Source: Diplonema japonicum (taxonomy: Eukaryota; Protista; Euglenozoa: Diplonemea). Taken from it: a stretch of DNA of 64,000 nucleotides. Shown piece after piece: positions 38,964 through 50,583 of this stretch. The DNA is taken from assembly GCA_964019335.1 (NCBI GenBank), contig OZ025663.1, positions 372,001 through 436,000 on the forward strand, read 5' to 3'. Below the pieces are notes generated by a model. It was not told where the DNA came from. It was given only the letters and a program-made list of their open reading frames with translations, and did no database searches. Position 1 is the first letter of the stretch, and every line of letters begins with the position of its first letter. The translations under genes were made by a program, and so were the position numbers.

Positions 38964-40679
38964 ATGACCGGGGAGGAGCAAGCAAGCACGGATCTGCGGA
39001 TAGAAGAGCAGGATCTGAATGACCGACCTCTGCCGGAATTCGATGCGAGCGTGACTTTGATGAGGTCAACAAGACGGTCCACTGGCGTGCGTTTGAGCTT
39101 GGTGTCCACCATGCGAGGTCAATGGGAGAACCCGACGGACTACCTGATGGTGTTGCTTGGGTACGCGATAGGAATCGGAAATCTGTGGAGGTTCCCATAC
39201 CTCGTGGGAAAATGGGGAGGGGGCAGCTTCGTGCTCGCGTACATCATATGTCTGCTGCTTGTGGCGTCGCCGTTATTCTTGATGGAGCTGATCTGGGGGC
39301 AAGCGGCACAAAAGTCAACGATGGACTGCCTGACAGCCATGCACCCACGATGGCTAGGCGTGGGGATCGCCTCCGCCGGTCTCGTCAGCATTGTATCAGG
39401 GTACTACAACATCCTTTTGGCGTATTGCTGCGTGTACATCGTGGGGTCCTTCCAGGACCCGCTTCCGTGGATGGAGGGAAACACAACAAACGGTGTCTCC
39501 CCAGCAGAACGGTATTGGACAGATACTGTGTTGAACGCATACCCAGAAGACTCGTTAAACGGAAGAACTGGGATGGGGCCTGTTCAATGGCATCTAGCAG
39601 TGTCGTTAATAGTAGTGTATCTCTGTATATGGGCGGCATTGTGCAAGGGTCATGAATCGTTGGCGGGGGTTGCAAGGTTGATGGTGGCAATGCCGGTTGT
39701 TATGATCACCATTCTGGTGGTGAGGACGTTGTTCCTCCCCGGGATGGGGGACGGGTTGGAGTTTTACTTGGGGAAGTTTGATGGCGAAACGCTGTTGAAG
39801 GGCGAGATGTGGGCCGCCGCCTGCGGGCAGATCCTGTTTTCCCTGTCCCCCGGGATGGGAACCGCCATCACCATGTCTTCCTTCACACGCCCCACTGAGA
39901 ACGTCCTTCGCGTCAACATCATTGTAACCATTTGCAACAGCATGTTCAGTTTGTTTGGGGGGATCGCTGTTTTCGGGATATTGGGAAACCTTTCGCATGA
40001 ATCAGGCACACCTGTGGAGGTCTTAGCTAGCAGATCTGGCACAGGGCTTGCCTTCATCACCATAGCAGAAGGGTTGGGATCTTTCGGGACAGGCTGGGGT
40101 CAGGTCATGTCCATCTTATTTTTCGTGATGCTTCTGACTTTGGGGCTCGACTCCTCGTTTGCATGGATCGAGACCTTGAACACCTATCTGAACGATATCC
40201 TCGTCTCACAAGGATACCGGCCAAAGAAATGGGTTACCGCGCTCGCCTCGTCCGTTGTTCTCTTCCTAACCGGGCTTCCTTATTGCACCAAAATGGGGAA
40301 CTATCTTCTCGACACTGTCGATCACTACCCTACCACGTACACGCTTCTCTTTATTGTGTTTATGGAGCTCGTTGTGCTGCGAGTTACGTACACCACAACC
40401 CGTTTGAACAACGAGCTTAAGGAAGCTTGCGGCGCGACCATTCCACGGTTTTGGATATTCACGCTCAACTGGCTTGCCCCTTTGATCGTTCTTGTGTTGG
40501 TTACGTATCTTGTTGTCGAGGATATTCGGAATTCGTACAAAGGGTACCCTGATTATTTGCAGGCTGTCGGGTGGTCTTTGTTTCTTCTACCTTTAACATT
40601 CATTCCTTTCACCATGGTGAGATCCTGGTGGCAAGGCTTGCACCCGCAGCGTGTTCGAGCAATGTCACGAACGGTATGA
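38964..40679 (+). CDS. SLC6/NSS sodium-dependent transporter
   Basis: RGQW..GYAIGIGNLWRFPYL..GGGSF, QILFSLSPG, GTGLAF and LGLDS; about 12 TMs. Confidence 0.95.
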   Translation: MTGEEQASTDLRIEEQDLNDRPLPEFDASVTLMRSTRRSTGVRLSLVSTMRGQWENPTDYLMVLLGYAIGIGNLWRFPYLVGKWGGGSFVLAYIICLLLVASPLFLMELIWGQAAQKSTMDCLTAMHPRWLGVGIASAGLVSIVSGYYNILLAYCCVYIVGSFQDPLPWMEGNTTNGVSPAERYWTDTVLNAYPEDSLNGRTGMGPVQWHLAVSLIVVYLCIWAALCKGHESLAGVARLMVAMPVVMITILVVRTLFLPGMGDGLEFYLGKFDGETLLKGEMWAAACGQILFSLSPGMGTAITMSSFTRPTENVLRVNIIVTICNSMFSLFGGIAVFGILGNLSHESGTPVEVLASRSGTGLAFITIAEGLGSFGTGWGQVMSILFFVMLLTLGLDSSFAWIETLNTYLNDILVSQGYRPKKWVTALASSVVLFLTGLPYCTKMGNYLLDTVDHYPTTYTLLFIVFMELVVLRVTYTTTRLNNELKEACGATIPRFWIFTLNWLAPLIVLVLVTYLVVEDIRNSYKGYPDYLQAVGWSLFLLPLTFIPFTMVRSWWQGLHPQRVRAMSRTV

Positions 40680-41794
40680 GAATTGAGGGGGAACGGGGGA
40701 GGAGAAACACATTATATACACACACACACACAGAGACCGGTTAGCCATGGTACGTTCGAAACCCCTCCTCCAGAGCAGATGCCTTCAACTGCTACTATTG
40801 CAACTGAAGGTCTCTTTAAGCTTTGAGGGCACAGTGTGTTTTGTGTATGCTCTTCGCTGTGTGTGTGTGTTTTTTTTTTTTTTTTTTTTTTTTTTGCCGG
40901 ATAATATAGAGTAAACTGTATTTATTTCCATAACATAATGGGGGGGGGGTGTAAGGCAAGGTGTGCTGAGTAACCAGCCGTTGGGAAAACAACTTTCCAT
41001 AAGATAAGTGTTTTTTTTTTTCCCCTTGCGCAGAAAACAGGAACTTTGACAACCGGGAAAGGCCCGCTAAACGGATGTTATGTAGTCAATAGCCTTTATT
41101 CTTCCCCCTTGTCTTATCGGCCTCCTTTAACTCTTTTATATATTATTTTTCTTTCCCGCTGATTAGTCAGCTTGAAGAGGTAGATTTGGGTCATCATATC
41201 CCCCGCCTCGTGTGAATGCCTTCCAGCGGTGCCATTCTCTTCTTCATTCCTGTCACCCCCTACGTCCAGTGGAATACGTAAGAGAGTGGTGGGCAAAAAA
41301 AAAAAAAAAAAAAAAAAAAAAACGTTTGTTTTGCAAGTGGCTTCTCTCTATGTACAACTCACGCTTGAGCACCTTGCGCAGTGCCCATTTTTGCTTTTAT
41401 TGGGGGGAGTTTTTTTTTTTTCCTCCCCTCCAAGTAGACGGTTGCCGAGCGGGACAGCCTTTTGACAATTCTTTTCTATAACTTTTTCGATTTCTTTTTT
41501 TTTTTATTTATTTAGTCCTCTTCGTGTATCTCCGACAAACTAACTGGAATCTTCTTACCATCTATTACAACTTTTGAAAACATCTTGTGAACAGCAGGTT
41601 AGTCTAAAAATGGGTGTAGATAAGAGAAAAGAAGAATTTCCTCAAACTGTTTATTTTCTCTATCCGAGTGACGTCCGCCAAATCGCCTCGCCTGACTTTT
41701 CCATGTCTTTTTTTTCTCATTTCCCTTCCCCTTTTATTTTTTAAAAAGTTTTTTCTCTTTCCCTTCCGTTTTGTTTATCCGATCAAAGACGTTA

Positions 41795-41838
<44 letters not shown>

Positions 41839-41917
41839 GAGTTTTTTTTCCCCCCCCTCCCTCTACATTGTTTTTAAGAAAAAAAAAAAAAAGCTTCCAA
41901 TTTATTTAATTATAAAA

Positions 41918-43264
41918 ATGGCGTTAAAAAAGAAAGGCAGCTCTGAAAGTGTCCGAAGCAAACCACGCAAACGGCAGACATCTCCTGAACCCAGATTAAG
42001 GGTGGCGGAGAGAAGGAGGCTAGAGGAAGAGGAAGAGGCACGGAAAGCAGCAGAAGCAGAACAAGCTAAAAAGAAGCGGAGACAGGCCCTGCGAACTAAG
42101 GAACACACGCACCTGCTAAAGAAAATGAAGGAGAAAAGAGAGAAGAATGCAGAGCAAAAAGACATCAGCAGGGCCCTCGACGAGACAAGGCAGCAGATGG
42201 TGAAGGAAGAACACGCCGCGAGAGGCGGTATCGAGCGCGATGCTCAGATTGCGTTTGATTTTGTGGCTTCCAGCATCTTCTGTGCGGTGGAAGAGCACGT
42301 TGCGAGAATCAACGGAACGTGCCCTGCATCCTGCTGGGGTCCCATCGACTCCTATGCCTTGTGTTCTCCGGTCCTAACCTGCCCGGAGAAACTAGCGTCG
42401 CGCCTCAGCAAGCACTGCGGATCCCCTATCACCATTGCACGGGCTTGCTTCAAATGGATTGCGCACAACATTACATACGACTCCACAGCCAACCTTGTTG
42501 GTGACCCAATGGTCGCGTTGAGGACGAGAACATCAGCAGCTTCGGGTTTCGCCAAGTTACTTGACCGTCTCTTTTGTTTGTCTGGACTTGAGTCGGAGGT
42601 TGTCCTCGGGTATGCTAAAGGAGTTGGGTACCAAGATGGAGCACCACCACCCACCACCCCCAACCACACATGGAATGCTATTAAGATCGATGGGAAATGG
42701 TGTTTTTTCGACGTCAGCTGGGCGCAGGGGTACGGCAGCATCCAGGGGCTGCAGGTCGTCACCACTGCGGACTACGACGACATGTGGTTCAACACACCGC
42801 CGGAGGTGTTCGTGTTGTCGCATTACTCGGCGACGGGTCCTGTCGTGCCAGCAGTTCAAAACGTGTGTCTTGCAACGTTTTTCAAGCTTCCTAGTTCACA
42901 AAAGTTGCGGCGGTTCATGATGTCGCTGCAGGGGTCGGGCAGGACGTTGTTTTTTAATTCTTTACTAATTTCGGCTCAATCTGGCCTGTCTGTTCAGAGC
43001 CCGGATTACTATTGCTCGCACGAAGTGTGCAGCGTCATGGCGGTTCCCTTCACTGTCGCAGAAGGCGAGAACCGCTTCAAATTTCAATTCCACAAACAAG
43101 TCCAACGTGTCAGCGTGGGCAGCGTACCTGGCGAGCATTATCTAACGCACACCGGCAATGGTGTGTGGGAAGGCTCTTACCACGCTCCGTCGCCTCTCGC
43201 TTCGGAGTTCGGAGTTTTTTGGTCGCCAGATCGTGCCCTGTGGCACACCCTGCTTGCATACTAA
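41918..43264 (+). CDS. Transglutaminase-like (KY/Cyk3-type) domain protein with the catalytic Cys replaced; N-terminal coiled coil
   Basis: ARACFKWIAHNITYD, SAASGFAKL (cf. GVCxGYAxL), GYAKG and NHTWNAIKIDGKWCFFDVSWAQG. ATG at 41918. Confidence 0.85.
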   Translation: MALKKKGSSESVRSKPRKRQTSPEPRLRVAERRRLEEEEEARKAAEAEQAKKKRRQALRTKEHTHLLKKMKEKREKNAEQKDISRALDETRQQMVKEEHAARGGIERDAQIAFDFVASSIFCAVEEHVARINGTCPASCWGPIDSYALCSPVLTCPEKLASRLSKHCGSPITIARACFKWIAHNITYDSTANLVGDPMVALRTRTSAASGFAKLLDRLFCLSGLESEVVLGYAKGVGYQDGAPPPTTPNHTWNAIKIDGKWCFFDVSWAQGYGSIQGLQVVTTADYDDMWFNTPPEVFVLSHYSATGPVVPAVQNVCLATFFKLPSSQKLRRFMMSLQGSGRTLFFNSLLISAQSGLSVQSPDYYCSHEVCSVMAVPFTVAEGENRFKFQFHKQVQRVSVGSVPGEHYLTHTGNGVWEGSYHAPSPLASEFGVFWSPDRALWHTLLAY

Positions 43265-43434
43265 CTCGTAACCTTGCTAATCGATCTCGGCCCCTGGGGG
43301 CCCAGGGAGCCGAGTTTTGTTGTTTTATCCTGTACCATTCTTGAGTTTTTCCTCCCTTTATTTTAGTTTTTTTATAGTTGAGTTGTAATGTAAACCCTGT
43401 CTCGACCTACCCTCACACCAGTCTGACATGCGAG

Positions 43435-45086
43435 ATGAATCAAACTAACAGCGGGAATGCTTTGTCTGGAGCGAAGGTGCCGACGAAGCTGCCGATGCTG
43501 CAGCGGGACAAGCTCCCCCTGCGGATGAGGCCTGAGATAGCGTTTGCAAAGAACGATGAGGACTTACGGTGCTGCGTTGTGTGCATGCGGGTGACGTCGA
43601 AGGGGCGTAGGGTGAAGAGAATTGTGCTCATCAACAGCAGGAACCTATCTGTCACAGACGAAGACGGCATCTGCAGAAGGAACATCTACTGCCGTGGTAT
43701 CGAAAAGGCCTTCAGCAACGTCGAGGGTACTAAGACTCTTCTTTTCAAGATTAAAGGCGAAGAGGACCTTCTCCTGCAAGAGATCGCGAGTGAGGCTGGC
43801 AAGAACTCGAACTTCGCCAGCATCCTCGACGTCCTCGATAAGGTGCGCGAGGCGAACGGCGGGTCCCCCGTCCCCCGCACCCGCTCTATAAACACCGGCA
43901 GGGAGGTCGTGGCGAACTCAACTAAAGACGACCGCAGGTATGCCACAACAGCGACACGGAAACAACAAACAGGAAAAAGGAACGGCCGTCGATACGCTCG
44001 CAGATCGAAGCCGCCAAAGATAAGGCAAAGACTGAGCTGCAGGAAGCACAAGAGGTAGCGAAAGTACGGCAGATCACGCAGCCAAGGTCACCCAGCGCCT
44101 TGAGCTCCCCTCGGTCTCCTTTACAGTACGGGATCAAGCCACCGCCGCCTTCCGGTCCCCCTCCTGGCCTCCGACAAAGTCAGGGAGGGTCTTTGCAGCC
44201 GTCGCAAGTGAATAGTTTCTCGCCTGCACAACTCGACCCTCTAGACGCTACGGGTGTCTCGAGGCCACCAGATGTACCTTCGGAAGATCTGAAAAAGCTG
44301 ACGTCGTACATAGAGCAACTGCAAGCGGAACGGGAGCTTGTGGATATGCAGCTGGATGCGCGAAAAAGAGAGCTTTCGACATTAACCGAATACTCGCAGC
44401 GCATGCAGGACCAGTTGACGCAGCAGCAAGAAAACGCAAACACGCAACAGCAACAGTTCAACGAGTACATCCACAATGCCCAGCACCAGTACCAGGAGTA
44501 CATCGAGGCGCTGTATATGCAGCACAAGCGGGCGAGCGAGCAGCGTGCGGAGTTCCAGGAAATGTACCAGAAGCAGAATGATGAGATATGGAAGCAGATC
44601 GCTTCGCAGGTGGAGGAGGATGAGGGTAGCGATGAGGACGATGTGGACGATGTGAGGGACATGCAGTCGCCGTCTCCACGGGGTGTTGCCCTCCGAGGGC
44701 AGCCCAAGAAGATAACTGTTAAAGTGGAAGACGGTGACGTGTGCTCGTTCTCTGTGGATGAGAGCTTCTGGGATGAGATGTGCGCACAGATACAGACGGT
44801 GGTGGGCTTCAGCGAGCACCCTCTATGTGCGGTGAGCAGAGGAGACGACTTCCCCCTGCAGGTTAACAGAGACTACCTTGCCTACTTTGCCTCGGCGTGG
44901 TGCCAGCGTGAGCCGTATTGTGTCTCCACATGGAACAACGGGCAGTGGTCCTTCACTGACGCACAGCAGTACTGGAACAGACGGCCAGCTCACAACCCCC
45001 ACTCCTCCGACAATGAACCCCCACCCCTCGACTACGTCCCGAAGACGAGAAGTAACAAGTCTCCAAAGTATAAGGGACGGTTTTGA
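43435..45086 (+). CDS. Hypothetical protein (PH-like N-terminal beta domain, Q-rich coiled coil); exons 43435-43937, 43973-45086
   Basis: One intron joins ORFs 43378..44058 and 44100..45086 in frame (..DDRR|KKERPSIRSQIEAAK..). Confidence 0.75.
43938..43972 (+). other. Spliceosomal intron, 35 nt, phase 2, A/C-rich
   Basis: CAG|GTATGC...AACAAACAG|G; restores the frame. Confidence 0.85.
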
Positions 45087-45314
45087 AATTGAATTGACGG
45101 GGAAAGAAAAAAGGAGAGCGATTGGTTCGAAGAAAAAAAAAAAAAAAGAAACTTACTTTTTTTCCAATTTGTTTTCTCCCCCCCCCCCCTTCAACCAATG
45201 TTGTTTGTTCCATGTAGTTACTTAGTAAATAAAAAACAATGATATTTTCACATTAAACCGTCCCCCCCCTACCCCCCAGTAACGACCACTCAAAGAGGGG
45301 GCAGGAGGGAGAAT

Positions 45315-47109
45315 ATGCCGCGCATGTCGGGCAGCACCGAGCGGTGTCTAGGTGACATGAACATCACCATAGGGTTCAAGGCACTGGCGTTGAAAGGAAT
45401 GAAGATCGCATCATTCGAGGGACTGGGCTCACAAACAGAGCTAGAGTACATGTATCTGCAAAACAACTGCATCAAGAGTTTTCAATACCTGGGGTGCCAG
45501 GCGAATCTCCGCGAGCTGCACCTCCAAAACAACTCGATCAGAAACTTCGCAGGCCTCACAAAACAGCCCAAAATAGAAAAAGTCACCCTCGAAGGCAACC
45601 CCGTTTCACGTCACGAATGCTACAGACTGATGGCGCTACTGTGCTTGGGAAACAGCTTACGAAAAATCGACAAGGACCCCGTAACCTACGCAGAACGCGA
45701 CATTATAAAAAGACTGCCTGATTCCGCAGTGTACGCTGTGCTGTGCGGCTGGCTGCTCGATCTGAAAAGGCGAACGCATTCAGAGTACATGTTACTAGCA
45801 GAGGAATACCGACATAAACTGAAACTCCCTGCGAGCCAAGTACCAGCTCCACCTGTTATACCAATCACGGGTATACCAGAGCCACACAGCAGTCTAGGTG
45901 TAGGATACGGAAGCAGGCCGTCTTCATCATCAGTGTCGCCACGAGGTGGTGTTGAGCATGAGGTGACACCGTCTATCTCAAGCTTTGTGTCATACGAGGC
46001 GCAGTCGAGCCACAGAGCTAGGGGAGGATACGGTAAGACGCCCAACGACCCCCAGCAGCCTTGTGCGCATGGACTGGACATCGCGAACCTCCGAACCGCA
46101 CTTGACGAAGCACGTGCGAACCTCGTGCGGGAACGGAACCGTTACCAAGCACTCCTCCAAGACCAATACTCCGGGCACTCTACGAAAATCTCCGAGCAAG
46201 GCCTCACCGCCGACGAGCTCGATTGCCTCACAGAGACATCCCTCGGGCAAGGTATCCGTGTCAACTCCACAATGTGCCTTTCTAATAAGAAGCCCCGCAG
46301 TGGGGTAAAGTCTGACGAGACAACAATCCCAAGCGCCTTTGTGACGCTGGGGTCCAGTCATATTTCCTTGGCGCACTTCTTCAACAGAATACGAGTTGGT
46401 GAGGTGGCCTACCGTGAGGTCGAGGAGCTGAAGATGGACCAGCCAAACTGCGTACTATTCTTGAGAATGAAAGAAGGCAAGATGCTGGAACTGATCTTCG
46501 AGGAGGAAGCAAAGCTCCTGGTCATGTACAAGCTTGTCCATTACAGACTGGGCATGATACCGGAGGAGGTGGTTCCGGTGAAACCGAAGCCTGAGGTTAA
46601 AAGGCGGAACAGTGCTTTTAAAACTGTTCTTATTCAGCACCAAGCGAAGGAGTCGACGAAAGATGAAGACGAAAGCAAGGAGGACGAGGGTGAACCACCA
46701 CGTTCCCCAACGCCTCCCATGGTTCCCCATTCATCAGAATCCGAGCACGATGCTCCTGACCCAACACCCGCTCCTACCACCGTTCAAGAGCAGTCACCTT
46801 CTCCTGTGCCTCTGTCGCAACCCATAGCACGCCAGAAGGTCTCAGATGTACTTGATTTGCCTCACGGGACACCGTTGTCCCGACACTCCTCAAAAACGAG
46901 CATGCTTTCGTCGGGAAAACCGTTGCAGCCGTCTGAAGAGCCAAAGCGGGCCTTCTCTATGTCCTCGGGAGGTACTCCTAAAAAGGAATCAGAGGCCTCA
47001 GAAATAGGTGTGCTAAAAAAAAAATTCAAAAAAAAAGTTTCTTTTAGACAGCGATGAAGAGTGGAACAGAAAAGCGGAGGCAATGAAGAGGGAGCTCGGC
47101 GTTGCTTAA
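45315..47109 (+). CDS. Leucine-rich repeat + coiled-coil protein; exons 45315-47007, 47048-47109
   Basis: LEYMYLQNNCI, LRELHLQNNSI, LEGNPV..YR..LRKID (LRR cap). Spliced end reads SEI|DSDEEWNRKAEAMKRELGVA*. Confidence 0.85.
47008..47047 (+). other. Spliceosomal intron, 40 nt, phase 1, poly-A
   Basis: G|GTGTGCT(A)10TTC(A)9GTTTCTTTTAG|AC. Confidence 0.75.
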
Positions 47110-47452
47110 CTCCGATGATAGAGGAGATTAGGGGGTTTATTTGCGTGGTCCTTTTTTTTTTTTTTTCTCTCTTTTTTTTTCTTTTTCTTTTTCGATAGAC
47201 TTGCTTTTTGTTATTCTTTTTTTTTAAAACCGAAAATTCGTTCTGAAATATAGCGGGGGGGGGGGGGAGAGAGGTCTAAGAGGCCGTTTCGTAGAAGAAA
47301 TAAAAAAGTAATATTCTGTATAAAAAAAGATTTGGAAAAAAAAATGTTTTTTTTTCTTTTTCCTTAGCCTGACTTATCAGTTCTAACACAGTGGGAAGAG
47401 GGGGCGGGAGGGAATATTTAAAAAAAAGGGGGGGTTTAAAAGAAATTAAAAA

Positions 47453-47788
47453 ATGGACGAAGGCGATATGCAGGCTTACATCAAGAAACACAAGGTCTGT
47501 GAGCTGATGGACGGCCTGGTGGCAGGCTTGTTGGCTTCGCAACCCTCTGACCCCATCCTTGGAGCTATTACCCTGTTGTGTGAAGGGGCGAATGTGAAGC
47601 CTCCAGCAGCATGTCCCAAGCTAGTCACCCGTGCGGTGGGGACTACAAAGCCTAAAGAGAAAGACAAAGAAAAAGAAAAGAAAGGGAAAATTGACCCACG
47701 TGAAGAAGCCCTGAACAGGGTTGCAGCTGAAAAAGAGAAGAAAAAGAAGGACGAAGACGAGGGGATGAATTTTGCAAACGCTTTCTAA
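47453..47788 (+). CDS. Small RIIa/Dpy-30-type dimerisation-docking domain protein
   Basis: AYIKKHKVCELMDGLVAGLLASQPSDPI matches the D/D-domain pattern; charged tail. Confidence 0.75.
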   Translation: MDEGDMQAYIKKHKVCELMDGLVAGLLASQPSDPILGAITLLCEGANVKPPAACPKLVTRAVGTTKPKEKDKEKEKKGKIDPREEALNRVAAEKEKKKKDEDEGMNFANAF

Positions 47789-48081
47789 AAAGGAAAAAAA
47801 AAAAAAAAAAAAAAGAAACCTCATCAGTTAAGCGTGCAATTAGTTGATTTAATAATAATAAGAAAAAAAAAACACACGGTGAGCGCACCCACAAATACAA
47901 AACACCGAAAAAAGTCCTATGCACATGAGGGAGTCATAAAAGGTTAGGTCTCCCCCCTTCTTTTTGTTGGAATGTTAATACGATTTTTTCTTTATTTCTT
48001 GCGAGTTTTTCGCCCCCACCCCCATTTCCTGAAAAACCTATTTTTATTCCACGAGGTACCGGGAAAAAAAAAAAAAAGAAA

Positions 48082-48471
48082 ATGCCGAATGAAAAAACGT
48101 TGGAATCGTCGAAAAGACTTTTTGAGTCCTCAAAGCTAGGGGGCTCGGTCTGCTTTAAAAAGGCAGGTGGTGTGAATGCCCAGAAGCCAGATAGTAAGCC
48201 GGCCATAGGAGGGAGCAAGGGGAGGGTGAAGAAGAAGGTAGCATTCGGCACGCCAGCAGTAGGCTTAGAGGTCTCATTCCATGGAGACGCGCACAAGAAA
48301 ACCGCAAAGAGCAACGTGCAACTCACAAAGGTAAAGGGAAAAGCTATCGACGCAGTGGTGGGGCTCAGAAAAAGGCGGCGCTCCAGAGCCCCATCCCTAC
48401 AACTCTCTAAAGAAGAAATCGAAGCACGGGAATGGCTGGACGCACTCACACCAGAAGACATTGCATCTATG

Positions 48472-48527
<56 letters not shown>

Positions 48528-48671
48528 AGCGTAAAACCACAGCTCTTCCGCAATCCTAACCTAGAAGCGTACGACCAGCGGTGGCAAGCAGCCTCCGTGA
48601 TCCAAAAGAACTTCAGAATCTACCGGGGATACATGCAAACAAACAGAAAAAACAATGAATTAGATTGGTGA
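48082..48671 (+). CDS. Basic IQ-motif protein; exons 48082-48474, 48543-48671
   Basis: Splicing removes the poly-F stretch and adds AASVIQKNFRIYRGY (IQ motif). Confidence 0.75.
48475..48542 (+). other. Spliceosomal intron, 68 nt, phase 0, poly-T directly after the G
   Basis: AAG|G(T)47ACAAAAGCGTAAAACCACAG|CTC. Confidence 0.75.
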
Positions 48672-48840
48672 GGTGAGCATTATAAATATGTAAAAAAAAA
48701 AAAAAAAAAGAAAAAGAAAAAGAAGAAAAAAAAAAAGAAACACTTCCGTGTTAGTCGAATCCTCGAAATGAAGCTTTATGTTTTATTTTATTCTTTTACA
48801 GAGTAAAAGAAACCAATATAAGGGACGGGGTGGGTGGGTA

Positions 48841-50583
48841 ATGGCAAGCATCCTGCTGCTGTGCAGCATCGCTGCCGCAACGGCATCACCGGAGGTAGCG
48901 TTGCCCATGGGGGTGGCAAGGGGTATCGAAGTGCCTGGGGGTGTTGAGAGATTCGGAGGGATACCCTACGCCGTACCAGTTGTGAAGGAGAGGAGGTTTA
49001 CACGCAGCGAAGTCGCAACAGAAAAATGGGAAGGAGGCGAGTTAGACTGCACGGGCTTCGGGGCACCTTGCATACAAAACCCTGCGGGTGACCCCAACGA
49101 GACGCCGGACCCTGAGGCACCTCCCCCAAATGAAGACTGTCTGAACCTAAACATCTGGAGACCCAAGACACCAGCACCCACCGTAGCACTGCCCGTTATG
49201 GTATGGATACTAGGAGGGGGCCTGTGCTCGGGTTCTGCTGCCGATCGCTCCTTCAACGGCACCAACTACGCAAGCAATGGCACCATCATCGTCACCTTGA
49301 ACTACAGACTGGGCGCATTGGGGTACCTTGTCACCGATGGGCTACATCAGGACGGGTCGTCCGGCGGGATGAATGGTATCAATGACCAGATCACCGGCTT
49401 GCAATGGGTGCAGAAGTATATATCATACTTCGGTGGCGACCCTTCCAGGGTCACCTTGTTCGGGCAGTCGTCAGGTGGGTATTCTGTTTGCACCATTTCT
49501 GTGTCGCCCCGTGCTGCGGGGACCTTCCAAAAGGCCATTCTCCACTCCGGGCCGTGTCTCGGCGGGCCGGCTCACAAAGGCTGGGGTCCGATGAACACCA
49601 CCTTCGGGCTCACAGTCACCAAGCAGATCATGGCCAGTGTCAATGTCACCACCATCGCGGAGCTGATGAATGTCCCTGCAGAAGCTGTGCAGTGGCCGAG
49701 GTACACCATGTGGAACCTCACAGTTGCGCCGTACTTTTCGGGATACTTTACAGACACGTATGTTATCCCTGGTGACGGGTTGCCGGAAACGCAGTGGGCT
49801 GCGGGAAACATCAACCCTGCCTCCCTCATGATAGGCAGCACCAGCAAAGACGGGACAGCAGCGTTTTACGGAACAGCACCGACGCTAGGGTTGGTCCCGC
49901 CAGATGCAAAGCAGACTACGGAAGCTGATTATGAAGAATGCATGAAGGACGCATGGGAAGGGCAGGCGGGGGCTGTTCTTGAGCAGTACCCTATGGTAGC
50001 GTACGGTTCACCGCAAAGTGCTTTTTGTCAAGCTGATGCTGAGGCGTATGTTGTGTGCCCTTCGTACACTGTTGCCGACTATGCACATGCTGCGGGGAGG
50101 GATGTCTGGCGGTTTGAGTTTGCGCATTTCCAGCCCAACTACTTGAAGCCAGACGGGTTTGGGTGCGACAGTGGTGTCGAGCTTGACGTCACACACCCTA
50201 CCGTCACACCGCAAGAGCGCGGCTGGGCCACACACGGTTCAGATATCCGTTACATTTTCGGCACCACTGTGGGCCCAGACTCCCTTGGCCCGCCTTACAA
50301 CCTCACCCACTGCCCCTTCACTGCTTCTGAGGCAGACCTCTCCCGAACCATTCGTTCCTACTGGGCGGCCTATGCACGCTATGGTTCACCGACATCAAGT
50401 GCGGTGTGGCCTCAATACACCCCTGCTGAGAGGTTGACGCTGAGATTCTCCACCGAGGACATCGATGGGTCGCCAACAGGGGTTTATAAGGTACGTGATT
50501 TTTGTTTTTCGTTACGGGGAGGAACACACACACACACACAGAACCTTCACGATTCGAACTGCAAGTTTTGGCGCAATTTTTAA
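48841..50583 (+). CDS. Secreted type-B carboxylesterase/cholinesterase-like protein; exons 48841-50490, 50542-50583
   Basis: Signal peptide, FGGIPYA, NEDCLNLNIW, GGG oxyanion, NYRLG, GQSSG nucleophile, KDG and ATHGSD. Confidence 0.93.
   Translation: MASILLLCSIAAATASPEVALPMGVARGIEVPGGVERFGGIPYAVPVVKERRFTRSEVATEKWEGGELDCTGFGAPCIQNPAGDPNETPDPEAPPPNEDCLNLNIWRPKTPAPTVALPVMVWILGGGLCSGSAADRSFNGTNYASNGTIIVTLNYRLGALGYLVTDGLHQDGSSGGMNGINDQITGLQWVQKYISYFGGDPSRVTLFGQSSGGYSVCTISVSPRAAGTFQKAILHSGPCLGGPAHKGWGPMNTTFGLTVTKQIMASVNVTTIAELMNVPAEAVQWPRYTMWNLTVAPYFSGYFTDTYVIPGDGLPETQWAAGNINPASLMIGSTSKDGTAAFYGTAPTLGLVPPDAKQTTEADYEECMKDAWEGQAGAVLEQYPMVAYGSPQSAFCQADAEAYVVCPSYTVADYAHAAGRDVWRFEFAHFQPNYLKPDGFGCDSGVELDVTHPTVTPQERGWATHGSDIRYIFGTTVGPDSLGPPYNLTHCPFTASEADLSRTIRSYWAAYARYGSPTSSAVWPQYTPAERLTLRFSTEDIDGSPTGVYKVRDFCFSLRGGTHTHTQNLHDSNCKFWRNF
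50491..50541 (+). other. Spliceosomal intron, 51 nt, phase 0, in-frame and stop-free, ends in (CA)n
   Basis: AAG|GTACGT...ACACACACAG|AAC. Confidence 0.75.

Noticed and set aside
41040-41095. SECIS-like hairpin (TGAC..AAA..GAT)
   Set aside because: Stem geometry does not fit, and no upstream gene has an in-frame TGA.
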